DNA of 64,000 nt, from contig NC_057718.1 of assembly GCF_004010195.1 (NCBI RefSeq), positions 92,490,540-92,554,539 on the forward strand, given 5' to 3'. The stretch is from Chiloscyllium plagiosum (Eukaryota). Each line of letters opens with the position of its first letter. Within the stretch, counting starts at the first letter, position 1. The notes under the pieces were generated by a model. That model did not search any database. It was given only the letters and a program-made list of their open reading frames with translations, and was not told the origin of the DNA. Below, one piece after another: positions 60,981 to 64,000 of this stretch. A program made the position numbers and the translations under genes.

Positions 60981-62535
60981 ATGAGGGGGCAGAGCTAAGC
61001 ATTCTGGCCATCATCAAGGAGAAGGTGCTAGAAAAACTGAATGGCCTTAAGGTGAATAAATCACCTGGACCAGATGGACTACACTCCAGAATTCTAAGGG
61101 CGATAGCTGAAGAGATTATGGAGGCGTTAGTGGCGATCTTTCAGGAATCACTAGAATCAGGGAAGGTCCCAGAGGACTGGAAAATCACTAACAAGACACT
61201 TCTGCTCTAAAAGGGAGTAAGGCAAAAGACAGAAAATTATAGGCCGATTAGCCTAACCTCAGTCGTGGGTAAGATCCTGGAATCCATTGTGAAGGATGAG
61301 ATTTCTGAATATTTGCAAGTGTATGGTAAAATAGGGCAAAGTCAGCATCGTTTTATCAAGTGGAGGTCATGCCTGACAAATCTGCTATAAATCTTTGAGC
61401 AATGGAGTGATATGGGTCAGGTGCTAGCAGGTGGGACTAGATTGGGTTGGGATATCTGTTCGGCATGGACCAAAGGGTCTGTTTCTGTGCTGTACATCTC
61501 TATGACTTTATGACTATAAATATGAGCAGGTTAGAGAAAGGAGAGCCAGTGGATGTTATCTCCTTGGACTTCAAGAAGGTCTTTGGCAAAGTGCTGAATG
61601 GGAGTATACTGAGTAAGATGAGGGCCCCTGATGTTAGAGGCAAGTTGCTAGCATGGCAGCCAGTGACAAGTGATATTCTGCAAGGTTCAGTGTTAGGACC
61701 ACAACTTTTCACTTTATACATTAATGATTTAGATGAAGGAACTGAGGGCATTCTGGCTAAGTTTGCAAATGATACAAAGATAGGTGGAGGGACAGGTAGC
61801 ACTAAGGAGGCAGGGAGGCTGCAGAAGGATTTGGACGGGTTAGGAGAGTGGGCAAAAAAGTGGCAGATGGAGTACAATGTGGGAAAGTGTGATATCATGC
61901 GGTTTGGTAGGAAGAATAGAGGCATGGACTATTTTCTAAATGGGGAGAAAATTCAGAAGTCTGGAGTGCAAAGAGACTTGGGAGTTCTAGTCCAAGATTC
62001 TCTTGAAGAAAACTTGCAGGTTGGGTCAGTAGTTAGGAAGGCAAATGACATTTGGATGGGATTTATTTTGAGACAACATGAATATAAAAACAGGGGTGTA
62101 CCTCTGAGGCTATATGCTCTGGTCAGGCATTTGGAGTATTATGTGCAGTTTAGGGTTCCATATCTCAGGAAGGATGTACTAGCCCTCGAGCCTGTTCAGA
62201 GTAAATTCACAAAAATGGTCCCAGGAATGAAAACCTTAACGTATGAGGAATATTTGAGGACTCTGGGTCTATACTCGGAGTTTAGACGAATTAGATGGGG
62301 GGAATCCAATTGAAACTTACAGAATACTGAATGGCCTGGACAGAGTGGATGTTGGGAAGATGTTTCTGTTGGTAGGAGAGACTTGGACTCGAGGGCACAG
62401 CCTCAGAGTAAAGGGAGCACCTTTTAGAATGGAGATAAAGAGAAACTTCTTCAGCCAGAGAGTGGTGAATCGATGGAATTCATTGCCACAGAAGGCTGCG
62501 GAGGTCAGGTTTTTGAGTATATTTAAGACTCTATA
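60981..62535 (+). mobile_element. Second CR1 copy of the same subfamily, 5'-truncated; HER1-like tail inserted at ~61405-61517
   Basis: 60981-61358 repeats ~59825-60201 with scattered differences; QGSVLGPQLFTLYINDLD, KFANDTKIGG, WNSLPQK. Confidence 0.9.
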
Positions 62536-62971
62536 AAAACAAATCTAATGGTTTGATTGTTAAAGTTTAATGGGATGCTGTTGTGCTATAAAGATGTAAG
62601 GTGTTCATACTTTGAGAAAATGGTGGCAACATCAGTGTTTACTGTGTTAGACCACCAGTCTCAAAAATCCTGGGAGGGTGGTGAGGATGGCAAGTGGTCA
62701 TATTATATTTCAAACTGTCCACTTGCTTCCAAAATAAAGGAGAGTTAGGGTCTCAAGGACAGCCAATCAGGATTTCTGCATGGATACGTGAATCTTGTAA
62801 TTCATTTTGATGTGGAGACGAGTTTTCAGAATTTGTTTATAGTTCATGGATACAGGTAATCTGCCAGCATCTCTGTGGAAGAGACTAAGACAGCTACAGA
62901 CCAAGAATCCTTTGGATGAGGGCACATAGAGAATGCAGATAGGGGATTTGCAATCAGATTAAATAGACCAA

Positions 62972-63590
62972 GAGCTGAATTTTCTCAGCCCCTGAACGAT
63001 GTGGGCAATGGCAATTTAGTTGGGAAAATATGGTGAGATCAGAAAAATTAGATTTCTAAAATTAAGAAACAAGTCTGATTTACATCCAAGGTTTCAACCT
63101 TGAGAATCTATGTGCCCTCTAAGTTTTCTTGCCATTGATTGGACTTCCAGAACTGGAAGTCAATGGTCCTCATGCCAGACAGTGAGCACGTGCCCTCTGA
63201 GTGGCTGAGGGAACATGACTCACCACTGAGTAGATGCTGATGCAGAATATCAATACAATGCAGCCCAATTTTCAATCAGAGCCATTGAGGAATGGACCAT
63301 AGGTTCCCCAAGATGGGATTCTGATGTTTGGATTGGCTTGGGATGTTTTGCAGCACAGACCAGACAGAGTGGTATTGCATAATTCTTGCATATTGTGCTT
63401 TACGTAACTGGAATGAGCAAAGAGGGGATCTGGTGGATGCTAAAGAGCTGGGAGAGCAGCAGCAGTCTTCAAAGGAGGAAGATGGAGATATTGAGCAGGA
63501 GAAATATCACCTTCTGCATGATAGATCCCTGCAGCATTGGGTGCTACAAGCCAGACAGGACTTAATTGATACCCGATTCCAGTAGATGAG
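62972..63590 (+). pseudogene. PIF/Harbinger transposase C-terminal relic
   Basis: DAEYQYNAA....RAIEEWTIG..KMGF*CLDW...CIILAYCALRNW..QRG...ARQDLIDTRFQ*; TIR-like GAGCTGAATTTT at 62972 (tentative). Confidence 0.78.
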
Positions 63591-63654
63591 AATTGAGTGC
63601 AGTGACAGCTCCTTGACTGTAAACACAGCATATACTCTCTTTGCCTGCTTTATA

Positions 63655-64000
63655 CAACATAATCACAAGGAACAAGAGCAGGCCATTTGGCCCTTCCAAA
63701 CTACTCATCATCCAATAAGATGATGGCTGAGCTGATTTTAAGCTCATTTCTACATTTCTGCATACCACTGATAATCTTTTATCCCCTTTGTGATCAAGAA
63801 TCTCTTTACTGGTGCCTGAAAAATATTTTTAAAAGATTCTGCATTCTTTTTGAGGAAGGGAATTCCAAAGAAAACTCTTTCCCCATCTCTAATTTAAATG
63901 AGAATGCCCTTATTTTAAAGTTATGACTCCTCATTTTAGATTCTCCCACAAGAGGAAACATCTTTTCAACATCCACCTTGTGCTGGTATGGGATTCATGA
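63655..64000 (-). mobile_element. CR1 3' fragment, cut by window edge
   Basis: GGAACAAGAGCAGGCCATTTGGCCCTTC...TTCTCCCACAAGAGGAAACATC. Confidence 0.75.

Noticed and set aside
61447..62313. 288-aa ORF as a functional gene
   Set aside because: Internally deleted CR1 RT with FANDTK in place of the catalytic FADD and a start borrowed from an inserted tail
39700..64000. Start of the expected neighbour XRN2 or another gene
   Set aside because: No CpG island or MGVPAFFRWL-like exon seen; the synteny expectation alone is not evidence

Overview
This is vertebrate genomic DNA, most likely from a shark. That inference rests on HE1-type V-SINEs, HER1-like CR1 LINEs and elasmobranch-type Penelope elements. 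The window is dominated by decayed transposable elements (CR1, L1, Rex1/Babar, an L2/CR1-type LINE, Penelope-like elements, PIF/Harbinger, a Tc1/mariner MITE and tRNA-derived SINEs) and has two N gaps. The only host coding sequence I can support is absent from the ORF track as such: two small + strand exons (33495-33538 and 38760-38866) that splice in frame to ...RDRSKKERINPVKSK-AFWGESDDSASDIEAILHPKTSEVFQDGDDFEDFF*. I recognise this from memory as the C-terminus of KIZ (kizuna centrosomal protein). Positions 1-33494 are therefore probably KIZ intron, containing several enhancer-like non-repetitive blocks, and ~39700-64000 is probably intergenic. The most striking pattern is a set of at least ten very short Penelope-derived insertions. 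Many are foldback (palindromic), many have 11-17 bp target-site duplications (TSDs), and several carry minimal hammerhead ribozyme cores (CUGANGA-A-stemII-GAAA-palindrome) with family-specific compensatory stems. Element boundaries were read by eye and are approximate unless a TSD is quoted.
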